DNA of 64,000 bases from Candidatus Multivoradales bacterium. Its GTDB lineage: Bacteria > Acidobacteriota > Thermoanaerobaculia > Multivoradales > Multivoraceae. Both the position numbers and the translations under genes were made by a program. Shown piece by piece: positions 40,576-49,606 of the stretch. The DNA lies in assembly GCA_965223325.1 (NCBI GenBank), contig CBDCWI010000002.1, positions 1,632,001 to 1,696,000 of the forward strand. Reading direction: 5' to 3'. Each line of letters opens with the position of its first letter. Position 1 is the stretch's first letter. The notes beneath the pieces are model-generated. The model was given only the letters and a program-made list of their open reading frames with translations, ran no database searches and was not told the DNA's origin.

Positions 40576-41087
40576 TACAGATTCCCCATCGCTTCGTCTG
40601 GAATCACCGCCGGCGTAGCTCGCAGATCGGAGTCGTCCTCTTCTTCACCCGAACGCCAGCGACGGTCCTGGAGGATGCGGCGAAAAAGGCCCTTCACGAT
40701 TTCAATGTTGTTCGAGAGCAAATCAAAAAAGTCATCGGCTTCGAGCACCAGTGCCGTCGTGCGACTCACAGCGCGCGCCGAACCGCGGCGCAGACGACCC
40801 GAGAGAACTTCGCGCACGCCGAACGGCTCGCCGGCGCGCACCTCAAGGCTTCCGCCATGCGCCTCTTCGACCGTCGCCAACCCATCGACGACGCAGTAGA
40901 TCGCCAGCGGTTCGCAGTTGGCCTCGTAGATCAAGGCGCCCTCTTCGAAGGTTTCGGTGCGCGCGATCTCGGCGATTCGGAGGATCTCGCGGGCGCTGCA
41001 GAAGCGGAATAGATCGATCTGCTGCAATAGCATGACGATCTCGATCCTCGCCGGCGCCGACGGGTCGTTGTTGGCGAAACCACTCAT
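40575..41087 (-). CDS. cyclic-nucleotide-binding domain protein
   Basis: LLQQIDLF..RIAEIA..F..GALIY..AIYCVVDG..GEPFGVREVLSG..RRGSARA; stop overlaps the next start by 1 nt. Confidence 0.88.
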   Translation of the reverse strand: MSGFANNDPSAPARIEIVMLLQQIDLFRFCSAREILRIAEIARTETFEEGALIYEANCEPLAIYCVVDGLATVEEAHGGSLEVRAGEPFGVREVLSGRLRRGSARAVSRTTALVLEADDFFDLLSNNIEIVKGLFRRILQDRRWRSGEEEDDSDLRATPAVIPDEAMGNL

Positions 41088-41137
41088 CCCTGAACTGAAT
41101 CAACCTATCACGCGGCCCGCTCATTCCAGGCTCCCAT

Positions 41138-44014
41138 TCACTCGGCATTAGCGGGCACGCCAAGAGGGCCCGGCCCGGCAAGACGAGCGAGAAGCCAATG
41201 TGCGGTTTCGGCGGCAATCTCGCTCGTTGACGTCGTTGCCTGCTGCGCGACCCGTGCCGCCACTCTGGACTCGAGCGCCTGTGCCACCTCGTAGAGAGCC
41301 GCAGCAGCGATCCACTCGCGGGCGTGATCGACGGGCTTCCCATCGGCGCGCGTTGCGGCCAGCGAGAGTTCGCATAACGTCTCGGCGCGCCCTTCTAGAA
41401 CCTCGCCGGTCTCGCGCTCGGCCAACCGCAGGCGCGCCGTCAGCGGAAGATCGTCGATGACCGAGAGCACGGCCCGACGCAGGGGGCCCGTCAGGATGTT
41501 GTCGAGGTACTCGAGGGCATGACCTCCGACCTCCGTCGAGGTGGAGTGAAGACCACGCCGAACCAGGCCGATGTCGGAGCGGTCGGCGAGCATCTCGAGC
41601 AGGTCGAAAATGTTGTGGACCAACTCCTGCATCGACTCCGCCAACAGGCGCTCGAGGAGCGAAGGCACCTTGCCTTCGGCGAAGCAGACCTGGCCACCGA
41701 CGAGCTTGAAGCGCCGGAGCGGATCGAGGGCAGCCAGGCGTTGAAGCCTCGCAAGGTAGGCACGACACTCTCTCTCGATCTGGCTCCTGACCGCTGCCGC
41801 CTGTTCGTCGCTGAAGCGGAACCCCTCTAGCGAGCGCAGCGCCTCGATCACCTTGCGCCTCAGGAAGGAGTCGCTAGAGTCGAGACTGGCGATCAGCGCT
41901 GCCATCGCGGACTCGGTTCCGACCCGCGCAACCGTCTTGGGAAGCGCCCGGCGCACCCACAGCTGCTCGTCCTCTGCCGACATGAAGTGAGCCAGCGCCG
42001 GTACGACCGTCTCCCCATAGCTGACCAGCGTTGAGCGCGCCTCATGCTTGACGTGGCGATGGCCGAGAAGCGAAATCAGAATCGGAATGTAGAGCGGTTG
42101 CGGCCCGGAGTTCTCCATCCGCCTCGAAAGCGACGCCACGGCAGCACGAACCACCGCCGGGTCGCGATCGTAGAGCAGGGTGACCGCATGCTGCTGGAAG
42201 CGCGGCTCGGGTACTTCGGCAAGCGCCTTGGCAGCTTCGATCCGAACGGCGGCCGACGAATCGGTCACCAGCTCGACGAACGCGGCCTCAGCCTCCGCCA
42301 ACCACGACTCATCTTCTTGCGCGGCCAGGCATGCCACGGCGGCGGCGCGAACCCGCAAGTCGCCGTCGTGCAGTCTGGTGCGCATCAACACCGGAGCCTC
42401 CTGGTCCGACAGTCTTGCCATGGTGCGAATCGCAATCGCCCGTACATCGGGGTCGTCGTCACCGATCAGCGAGGTGACGAGGGGCAAGGCCTCGCGCCGC
42501 TCAGCGGCCGCAACGACCTTGAGCACTCGAAGGCGCACGGCGGCGTCCTCGTGGTGCAAGAGAAGCGGCGGTACCAAAGACCCCTTACCGTGTGCAGTGA
42601 GGAGCTCGATTGCACCCAGCGCGCGCTGGCCGTTGAGACTGCCCATCGCTTCGACGAGTGCCTCAATCGCCCCCGGCGAGGAGAGATCGAAACGACGCGC
42701 CAACTCGTTCTCACTGATTCCACTCGGCGCCAGGCTCTGACGTAGGGAAGCGACGTACTCGCGGCGAGCCGAGAAGGTAAACAGCAACCAACCCAGGCAC
42801 GCCGCCAGCGTCAACCAGCCGGCATCGAGCGGCGTGAGCAACCCGAAGGTAACCAAAAAGAGCAGGAGGGCGGCGGCGCTCTTGGCAAAGCGCTGGACCA
42901 GAACGTCGATGTAGGCCTTCGCCTTGCGCCGGTCGCGCTCGGGAACCGGGACGAAGAGGAGTTCGCGGGTCGACTGGTCGAGAGAGTGCCTTAGGCCGTT
43001 CTCCCCGACTTTCAGACCCGCAACGATCAGAAGAATGAGTGCCGGCGCGAAACTCACCGCAAAGAACAGCATCAGCGTCCCGGCAATCAGACCGCTCGGC
43101 AGGACCCGCATGGCAAAGCCAACGCCAAGGGAACGATGAATGCGCGAGGTGAGAAGCAACTGAAAGGCGAACGCCGCCAGCCCCATGACGCTGAAGACGT
43201 TGCCGAACACCAGGGTGCGTTCGGCTAGCGAACTCGTTTGCTGCTCGACAACCCAGTTGAACTGCAGGTCGATGACCTGTGCGACCACGACGCTGAGCAC
43301 CATGAGCGCCGAGATCGCCATCAGAAGGCGCGAACCGAGAATCACCTCGAGACCGCCGCGCGGATCATTCCCCGACACCGGCTCCGGCTCGGGCCGTCCC
43401 TGCGCTCGTGCGCGGGACTCAACGAAAAACGTCAGGATCGCAATGCCGCCGAGAAGAATCGCCGCCGCGATCAAGGTGCGCTGCGGGTCGCCGCCCACCA
43501 GACGCGGGATCTGACCACCGGCAACCGCTCCTAGGAGTCCACCGGCGCTGATGAAACCGAACAGACGCCGTGCTTGGCGCGGATCGAAGAGCTGCTGGGC
43601 GAACGACCAGAACTGGCTCATCGCCAGAACCGTGGCCACCGACACCCAGAGGTAGAACAGCACGCGTATCCACGCCGAAGGCTGCGCAAACAAATAGGCG
43701 AACACCAGCATGCCGGTTGCCAGGAGAGTCGACGTCCCGGCCAGGACCACCTGCAGACGCCATCGATCGGTCGCCGCGGCATACAGTCGAATGACCGGAT
43801 AGGCCACGATCGCAACCAGCAGATAGACAAAGGGCAGGCGCTCGGCACCCAGCGAGTCGACGAAGGTCGACTGGCGCACGGTCTTGGCGGCGTACTGAAA
43901 CGTCCCGAGCAAGAAGCAGTGCGAGAAGAACAGGAAGGCGAGCATCGACTCGCGTCGCCTCAGGTCGACTCCCAAGGCACGCAGGAGCGCCCGCAATCGG
44001 GAAGCGAGACTCAT
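41138..44014 (-). CDS. Npt1/TLC ATP/ADP-translocase-like MFS transporter fused to HEAT repeats
   Basis: About 12 TM segments with KTVRQSTF, QFWSFA..FDPRQARRLFG, LRHSLDQSTRELLFVPVP..KAKAYIDVLVQRFAK; followed by D.D..VR..A HEAT repeats. Confidence 0.88.
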   Translation of the reverse strand: MSLASRLRALLRALGVDLRRRESMLAFLFFSHCFLLGTFQYAAKTVRQSTFVDSLGAERLPFVYLLVAIVAYPVIRLYAAATDRWRLQVVLAGTSTLLATGMLVFAYLFAQPSAWIRVLFYLWVSVATVLAMSQFWSFAQQLFDPRQARRLFGFISAGGLLGAVAGGQIPRLVGGDPQRTLIAAAILLGGIAILTFFVESRARAQGRPEPEPVSGNDPRGGLEVILGSRLLMAISALMVLSVVVAQVIDLQFNWVVEQQTSSLAERTLVFGNVFSVMGLAAFAFQLLLTSRIHRSLGVGFAMRVLPSGLIAGTLMLFFAVSFAPALILLIVAGLKVGENGLRHSLDQSTRELLFVPVPERDRRKAKAYIDVLVQRFAKSAAALLLFLVTFGLLTPLDAGWLTLAACLGWLLFTFSARREYVASLRQSLAPSGISENELARRFDLSSPGAIEALVEAMGSLNGQRALGAIELLTAHGKGSLVPPLLLHHEDAAVRLRVLKVVAAAERREALPLVTSLIGDDDPDVRAIAIRTMARLSDQEAPVLMRTRLHDGDLRVRAAAVACLAAQEDESWLAEAEAAFVELVTDSSAAVRIEAAKALAEVPEPRFQQHAVTLLYDRDPAVVRAAVASLSRRMENSGPQPLYIPILISLLGHRHVKHEARSTLVSYGETVVPALAHFMSAEDEQLWVRRALPKTVARVGTESAMAALIASLDSSDSFLRRKVIEALRSLEGFRFSDEQAAAVRSQIERECRAYLARLQRLAALDPLRRFKLVGGQVCFAEGKVPSLLERLLAESMQELVHNIFDLLEMLADRSDIGLVRRGLHSTSTEVGGHALEYLDNILTGPLRRAVLSVIDDLPLTARLRLAERETGEVLEGRAETLCELSLAATRADGKPVDHAREWIAAAALYEVAQALESRVAARVAQQATTSTSEIAAETAHWLLARLAGPGPLGVPANAE

Positions 44015-44190
44015 CGCCGCGGGCCTTGGGCAGCAGGCGAGACGAGACCTCCAGGCCCTCTGTTCATGGACCCCCTCTGGCGGGCACGGTGCTGATTGAC
44101 CTCACGTGACCTCTGTATACGTTGGGAAGAGTGCAATAGATGCTAACCGAGTGACCCGCACGACGATCGAGAGCCCGGTACCATTGCCCT

Positions 44191-46164
44191 ATGACCGGTT
44201 TCGCATGGCATCCCGGCGCCGAGCACCTCGAACAGAGCCGCATCGCGCGCTTCATGAATCGCCACAGCATCGCGACCCCCAGCGAGCTACGGAGGCGCTC
44301 GACAGACGACCTCGCCTGGTTCTGGCAGGCAGCAATCGAGGACCTGGGAATCGAATTCGATCAACCCTACGAACAGGTCCTCGACAAGAGCGCCGGCGTG
44401 CCCTTTACGGAATGGTTCACCGGCGGCCGTCTCAACCTGGTCGGCAACTGCCTCCACCGCCATCGCGGCGGCCCCCTGGCCGATACCCCGTGTCTAGTGG
44501 GTCTGCACGAGACCGACGGCTCTGGCACCGAAGAGGTGCGCTACACCTTCGCCCAGCTCGCCGCCGAAGTCGACCGCTGCGCCGCTGCTCTCGTGCGGGC
44601 CGGTATCGAGCCTGGCGATCGGGTCGCCGCCTACATGCCGATGATCAGCGAAGTCGTCGTCCAGATGTTGGCCACCATTCAGGTCGGGGCGGTTTTCGTA
44701 CCAGTCTTCAGCGGCTATGCGCCGGCGGCCCTGGCAGAGCGGGTCCAGGACGCCAAGGCACGCCTGCTTTTCGTTGCCGACCGTTCCTCGAGGCGTGGCA
44801 AGCCGGTCGCCATCCTGCCCAACGCGCAGGAGGCGCTGGAAGAATGCCCGAGCGTCGAGAAGATGGTGGTCGTCGTCCGAGGTTTGCCCGGCGACCCGGA
44901 AGTCGAGCTCGACCTGGGTCGAGACGTCGCCTGGTCTGAGTTTCTCGCCAGCGGAAGCGGTGCCGGACAAACCGGTGAGCCGGTTTCGATGGCAGCGATG
45001 GATCCGGCGCTCATTCTCTACACCTCGGGCACCACTGGGCGACCGAAAGGCACCGTACACTCCCACGCCGGCACCCTCGTGCAACTCGCCAAGGAAGTCG
45101 GCTACGCCTTTGACGTTCACCCCGGCGACCGCTTTTTCTGGTTTACCGATATCGGCTGGATGATGGGTCCCTGGGCGATCATCGGCGGCCTCTTCCACGG
45201 CGGCACCGTCTACCTCTACGAAGGTGCCATCGACCACCCCACACCCGATGCGCTCTGGGCACTGCTCGAGAAGCATGAGATCAGCATCTTCGGGATCTCG
45301 CCCACCGCGATTCGGATGTTGATGGGGCTGGGGACCGAAGTGGTCGAGCGCCGCGACCGCAGCGCCCTGCGCATCCTGGGCTCGACCGGCGAACCGTGGG
45401 ACCCTGAGAGTTGGCAGTGGTACTTCGAACACCTGGGCGGCAAGCGCTGTCCGGTGATCAACATTTCGGGCGGCACCGACATCATCGGCTGCTTCTTGTC
45501 ACCGCTGCCCGTCGATCCGATCAAGCCGTGCTCTCTGGTCGGGCCAGGCCTCGGGATGGCGGTCGAAGTGTGGAATGACGAAGGCCAGCCGGTTAGAGGC
45601 GACGTCGGCTACCTGGTCGCCACCCAGCCCGCACCGTCGATGACTCGCGGGCTGTGGGGTGATCGCGAGCGCTACCTGGAGGCCTACTGGTCGCGGTGGC
45701 CCAACGTCTGGAACCACGGCGACTGGGCAATCATCGACGAGGACGGGCAGTGGTTCCTGCAGGGCCGTTCGGACGACACCCTGAAGGTCGCTGGGCGGCG
45801 CATCGGGCCCGCCGAGCTCGAAGGTGCGCTCATCGAAACCGGCCACGTCAGGGAAGCGGCAGCGGTCGGCGTACCCCACGACATCAAGGGCACCGGCATC
45901 GTCTGCTTCGCCGTCCTGCTGCCGGGTATCGAAGCGACCGAGGAACTGCGCCAGGAACTCGAGGCCGCAGTCGTCAGGCGACTCGGTAAGGTCGACCGCC
46001 CGGAGCGCATCGTCTTCGTCCCCGACCTTCCAAAGACCCGCTCGGCCAAGATTCTGCGGCGCATGGTGCGCGCCCGCTACCTGGGTGAGGACCCGGGGGA
46101 TCTGGCCTCGGTACAGAACCCTGAAGCGCTGGCGGGAATCCCCGTAGCCTCCACGGAGGTTTGA
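44191..46164 (+). CDS. acetate/acyl-CoA ligase (AMP-forming)
   Basis: ILYTSGTTGRPKG, DIGWMMG, GSTGEPW, HGDWA, GRSDDTLKVAG and LPKTRSAKILRR. Confidence 0.93.
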   Translation: MTGFAWHPGAEHLEQSRIARFMNRHSIATPSELRRRSTDDLAWFWQAAIEDLGIEFDQPYEQVLDKSAGVPFTEWFTGGRLNLVGNCLHRHRGGPLADTPCLVGLHETDGSGTEEVRYTFAQLAAEVDRCAAALVRAGIEPGDRVAAYMPMISEVVVQMLATIQVGAVFVPVFSGYAPAALAERVQDAKARLLFVADRSSRRGKPVAILPNAQEALEECPSVEKMVVVVRGLPGDPEVELDLGRDVAWSEFLASGSGAGQTGEPVSMAAMDPALILYTSGTTGRPKGTVHSHAGTLVQLAKEVGYAFDVHPGDRFFWFTDIGWMMGPWAIIGGLFHGGTVYLYEGAIDHPTPDALWALLEKHEISIFGISPTAIRMLMGLGTEVVERRDRSALRILGSTGEPWDPESWQWYFEHLGGKRCPVINISGGTDIIGCFLSPLPVDPIKPCSLVGPGLGMAVEVWNDEGQPVRGDVGYLVATQPAPSMTRGLWGDRERYLEAYWSRWPNVWNHGDWAIIDEDGQWFLQGRSDDTLKVAGRRIGPAELEGALIETGHVREAAAVGVPHDIKGTGIVCFAVLLPGIEATEELRQELEAAVVRRLGKVDRPERIVFVPDLPKTRSAKILRRMVRARYLGEDPGDLASVQNPEALAGIPVASTEV

Positions 46165-46219
46165 ACAACCCTTGACATTCCAACCCTCACCTTCCTCCTC
46201 TCGACCGGAAACCCAGCGA

Positions 46220-47104
46220 ATGAACTGGCCCCCTGTTTCGACTCTCCGCCCCCTCAACCGACTAAAGCGTCTCCTCTGCCTCGCCATTTCGCTGTGCTGG
46301 ATCGGCCCCTTCGCCGGTTCCGCGCTAGCCGCCCAGGAGCCACTCGAGGTGGCACCCGGAAGCACCGTGCGCTGGATTGCTCTCGGAACGCAGACCTGCC
46401 ACCTCCGTGGAGCGGCAGGAGACGACCGCAGTTGGCCCGCCAAGAAGGGCATTTGCTACATCCCGATCGACCTGACGCGCACCGGAACCATCGAAGCCAT
46501 GCGCACCTTTCCCGACGGCCGTTATGAGCGCCTGACACTGCGGGTCGGCGACTATCCCTACCCGGAACAGCACATCAAGCTGCAAGATGACAGTCGCGTC
46601 AACCTCTCAGATGCCAATGCCGCGCGCGCCGGGCGCGAGCGCAAACTCATCGACGCCCTGTGGCCCCGCGAAACCGCCAGCCAGTTCGAGCTGCCGCTCC
46701 ATCCGCCGCTCGCCCAGCTTCCTGAGGGTGGTCGGTTCGGAACGCGGCGGGTGTTCAACGGTCAGCCGCGTGGCCCGCACACCGGCCGCGACTATTCCGT
46801 GCCCCGCGGCACTCCGGTGCTGGCGACCGCAAATGGACGGGTCGAACTCGCCGGCGATCACTTCTTCGGCGGCAAGAGCATCTTCATCGACCATGGGGAA
46901 GGACTGATCAGCATGTACTTCCACCTCGACTCGATCGACGTCGAGCAAGGCCAGCTCGTCGAACGCGGCAAGCCGATCGGCAAAGTCGGGAGCACGGGGC
47001 GCTCGACCGGACCGCACCTACACTTCGGGCTGCGGTGGCATGGAGCGCGAGTCGACCCGGCACCGTTGATGGCGGACCCGGAAAAGCTCACCAGCGCCCG
47101 CTGA
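46220..47104 (+). CDS. M23 family metallopeptidase
   Basis: PHTGRD (HxxxD), MYFHLD and GSTGRSTGPHLHFG; signal peptide. Confidence 0.93.
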   Translation: MNWPPVSTLRPLNRLKRLLCLAISLCWIGPFAGSALAAQEPLEVAPGSTVRWIALGTQTCHLRGAAGDDRSWPAKKGICYIPIDLTRTGTIEAMRTFPDGRYERLTLRVGDYPYPEQHIKLQDDSRVNLSDANAARAGRERKLIDALWPRETASQFELPLHPPLAQLPEGGRFGTRRVFNGQPRGPHTGRDYSVPRGTPVLATANGRVELAGDHFFGGKSIFIDHGEGLISMYFHLDSIDVEQGQLVERGKPIGKVGSTGRSTGPHLHFGLRWHGARVDPAPLMADPEKLTSAR

Positions 47105-47129
47105 GCATGTAGGCCTCTGAGGCAATTGA

Positions 47130-49526
47130 ATGGCCGATCCACCTGAACCAAAGCGAAGGGTACCCATCGTCTACGAGCCAACGGCTGGTGAGCTCTTCGC
47201 TGGGCGCTACCGGATCGAGAGCCTGCTCGGTCGCGGTGCCGCGGGCGCGGTGTGGGCGGCAACCGACGAGGCAGTGGGAGACCGCCTGGCGCTCAAGCTT
47301 CTGACCGCTGGCCCCGGCGACGCCGCCGAGCGCTTCCGTCGCGAGGTGCGGTTGGCGCGCCGCGTCACCCATCAGAACGCCGTCCGCATCTTCGATCTCG
47401 GCACGGTCGACGGCGTGCTCTATCTGACGATGGAGCTCATCGATGGCGAGAGTCTGCTCGAGACCCTCGAGCGCGAAGGTCGCATTGCAGTTGCTCAGGT
47501 GCTCGATATCGGTCGTCAGATCGCCACCGGGTTGCACGCCGCACACGCCGTCTCTGTCGTCCACCGCGACATCAAACCGGCCAACGTTCTTCTCGAGGTC
47601 GGCGGCCGCGTCGTTCTAACGGACTTCGGCGTCGCGCGGGCCGTCGCCAGCGATCCGCAGCTGACGGTAGGAAGCGCGATGATCGGAACGCCGTCCTACA
47701 TGGCGCCCGAACAAATCGAAGGCGGCACCGTCAGTCCAGCGACCGATCTCTACGCACTCGGAGCTCTGCTCTACGAGATGGCGACCGGGCGCTGCCCGTT
47801 TGTCGAAGACTCGGCGGTCGCCACCGCGGTGGCGCGCCTCCACAGACCACCCGAAGACCCACGCACGCACGCTTCGCTGCCTGACCAACTGGCGGCGCTC
47901 ATCCTGGAGCTCCTCGAGCTTGCTCCCGAAGATCGACCGACCGGAGCCGAGTACGTCGCGGCCTTACTCGGTGAACTCGAAGCGAAGGCCAGCGACCCAG
48001 ATGCTGCCGAAACCTTCATCGCGGTAGAGAGCCAGGTCGGAGACCGAGGTGTCAGCGCTCGAACAGGTGCTGCCACCGGCAGCGATGCGGGGGGCACCTT
48101 CGTCTCGATCGCTCCGGAGAACCGCACCCTGGCCGTCTTGCCGTTTCGCCACCGCGGACCATCCGAACACTCCTACCTCAGCGAGTCGCTGGCCGAAGAT
48201 CTCGTCGACATCTTCACCGCGACTCGCGGCTTGCGAGTCACCGCCAGCGGGGCGACCGCCAAGTACCACGGGCAAACCGTCGATCCGCGCGAGGCTGGAA
48301 GGGAGCTAGGGGCCGACGCGATCGTCGACGGCAGCGTGCGCATCGCGGGGACCAAGGTGACCGTGTCCGCAAGGCTGATCGATGTGCAGCCGGGCGAACA
48401 GCTGTGGGCAGACCGTTTCGATCTGGCGCTCGATGATGCGGTATCTGACCCGGACGTCACCGCCCAGCGCATCGCCGAACAGCTACGTCGCGAGCTCGAG
48501 CTCTTGAGCGCCCGGCACCAGGCGCCGGCGCAAGCGATCGAGCTCTTGATCAGGGCGCGCGAGCGTTCACTGTCGGGCGAGATCGCCGACGACGCGTTCA
48601 CCGAAGCCATGAAGCTGCTCGATGAGGCGATCGCCCTCGCTCCATCATTCGCCCTGGCCATAGCGACCCACGCCGAGTTCGCGGTTCGTCGATGGTTCCT
48701 GCCATCACGGGGCTCGGACGAGGACTTCGCGCGCGCGGCTCACGAATCCGTCGCGCGCGCCCTCCTGGAGGCCGCCGAGATTCCGCTCAGCCACTTCGCC
48801 GCCGGCCGCTTGGCGGTCAGCGATGGGCGCTTCTCCGATGCCGCGAGCGAGCTGGGGTTGGCGCTCCGCATGGCTCCCACGTTCGCGGCCGTCTACGACT
48901 ACCTTGGCATGCTGCAGTGCGAAGCCGGTCGCGCCGACGAGGGGGAGCGCAACATCGTGCTGGCGCAGCGCATCGATCCCAGCCTCCCGGTGAGACCCGA
49001 GCTTGCCCGCCGGCGGGCCTTGGCCAACCAGCTCGACGAGTACCGCGAACTGATCGAGGAAATGCGCGCAACGCCGTCAGCATCGCGCTTCATGGTGGAC
49101 TCGATCGAGATGCGTGTTGCAGGTTGGTACGGCGACGTCGAAGGAGTCAAGCGGTGTCGGCCCGCCTCGCTGCTTCCTCCCGAAAGCGAGTTCCTGGACT
49201 TCATGCTGGCTCAGCAGGCCTGCCTGATTGGCGAAGGCACACCCGAGGACCTGGTGCGCAACCTGGAGCGAGTACTCGGCTCGGGTGGCCCACGCCTCGA
49301 CGCGTTCATCCGTCAGTTGACCATCGAAGCCTTGGCGCCCGCAGGTGCCACTGAGGAGGCGATGGCACAGCTGCACGTTGCAGTAGCCAAGCCGGCCTTC
49401 GTCGATGCCGACTGGATGGAGCGCTGCCCCGCCCTCGAGTCTTTGCGCAGCCACGAGGACTTCGGCGGCCTCAGCGACGAGGTCCGGCGTCGAGCGGACG
49501 CGATCTGGTCTGTGCGCGCGTCATAG
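47130..49526 (+). CDS. Hanks-type Ser/Thr protein kinase with TolB-like and TPR regions
   Basis: LGRGAAGAV, LALK, HRDIKPAN, DFG, GTPSYMAPE and DLYALG; then LAVLPF domain and helical repeats. Confidence 0.93.
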   Translation: MADPPEPKRRVPIVYEPTAGELFAGRYRIESLLGRGAAGAVWAATDEAVGDRLALKLLTAGPGDAAERFRREVRLARRVTHQNAVRIFDLGTVDGVLYLTMELIDGESLLETLEREGRIAVAQVLDIGRQIATGLHAAHAVSVVHRDIKPANVLLEVGGRVVLTDFGVARAVASDPQLTVGSAMIGTPSYMAPEQIEGGTVSPATDLYALGALLYEMATGRCPFVEDSAVATAVARLHRPPEDPRTHASLPDQLAALILELLELAPEDRPTGAEYVAALLGELEAKASDPDAAETFIAVESQVGDRGVSARTGAATGSDAGGTFVSIAPENRTLAVLPFRHRGPSEHSYLSESLAEDLVDIFTATRGLRVTASGATAKYHGQTVDPREAGRELGADAIVDGSVRIAGTKVTVSARLIDVQPGEQLWADRFDLALDDAVSDPDVTAQRIAEQLRRELELLSARHQAPAQAIELLIRARERSLSGEIADDAFTEAMKLLDEAIALAPSFALAIATHAEFAVRRWFLPSRGSDEDFARAAHESVARALLEAAEIPLSHFAAGRLAVSDGRFSDAASELGLALRMAPTFAAVYDYLGMLQCEAGRADEGERNIVLAQRIDPSLPVRPELARRRALANQLDEYRELIEEMRATPSASRFMVDSIEMRVAGWYGDVEGVKRCRPASLLPPESEFLDFMLAQQACLIGEGTPEDLVRNLERVLGSGGPRLDAFIRQLTIEALAPAGATEEAMAQLHVAVAKPAFVDADWMERCPALESLRSHEDFGGLSDEVRRRADAIWSVRAS

Positions 49527-49606
49527 CGAGACGGTCAAGGAGCCCGAGGGCCGAGCCGAACCCGACAGCAGGCGGGTTCAGTCGGCTCCCGTCAAAAGCG
49601 TGCTAC

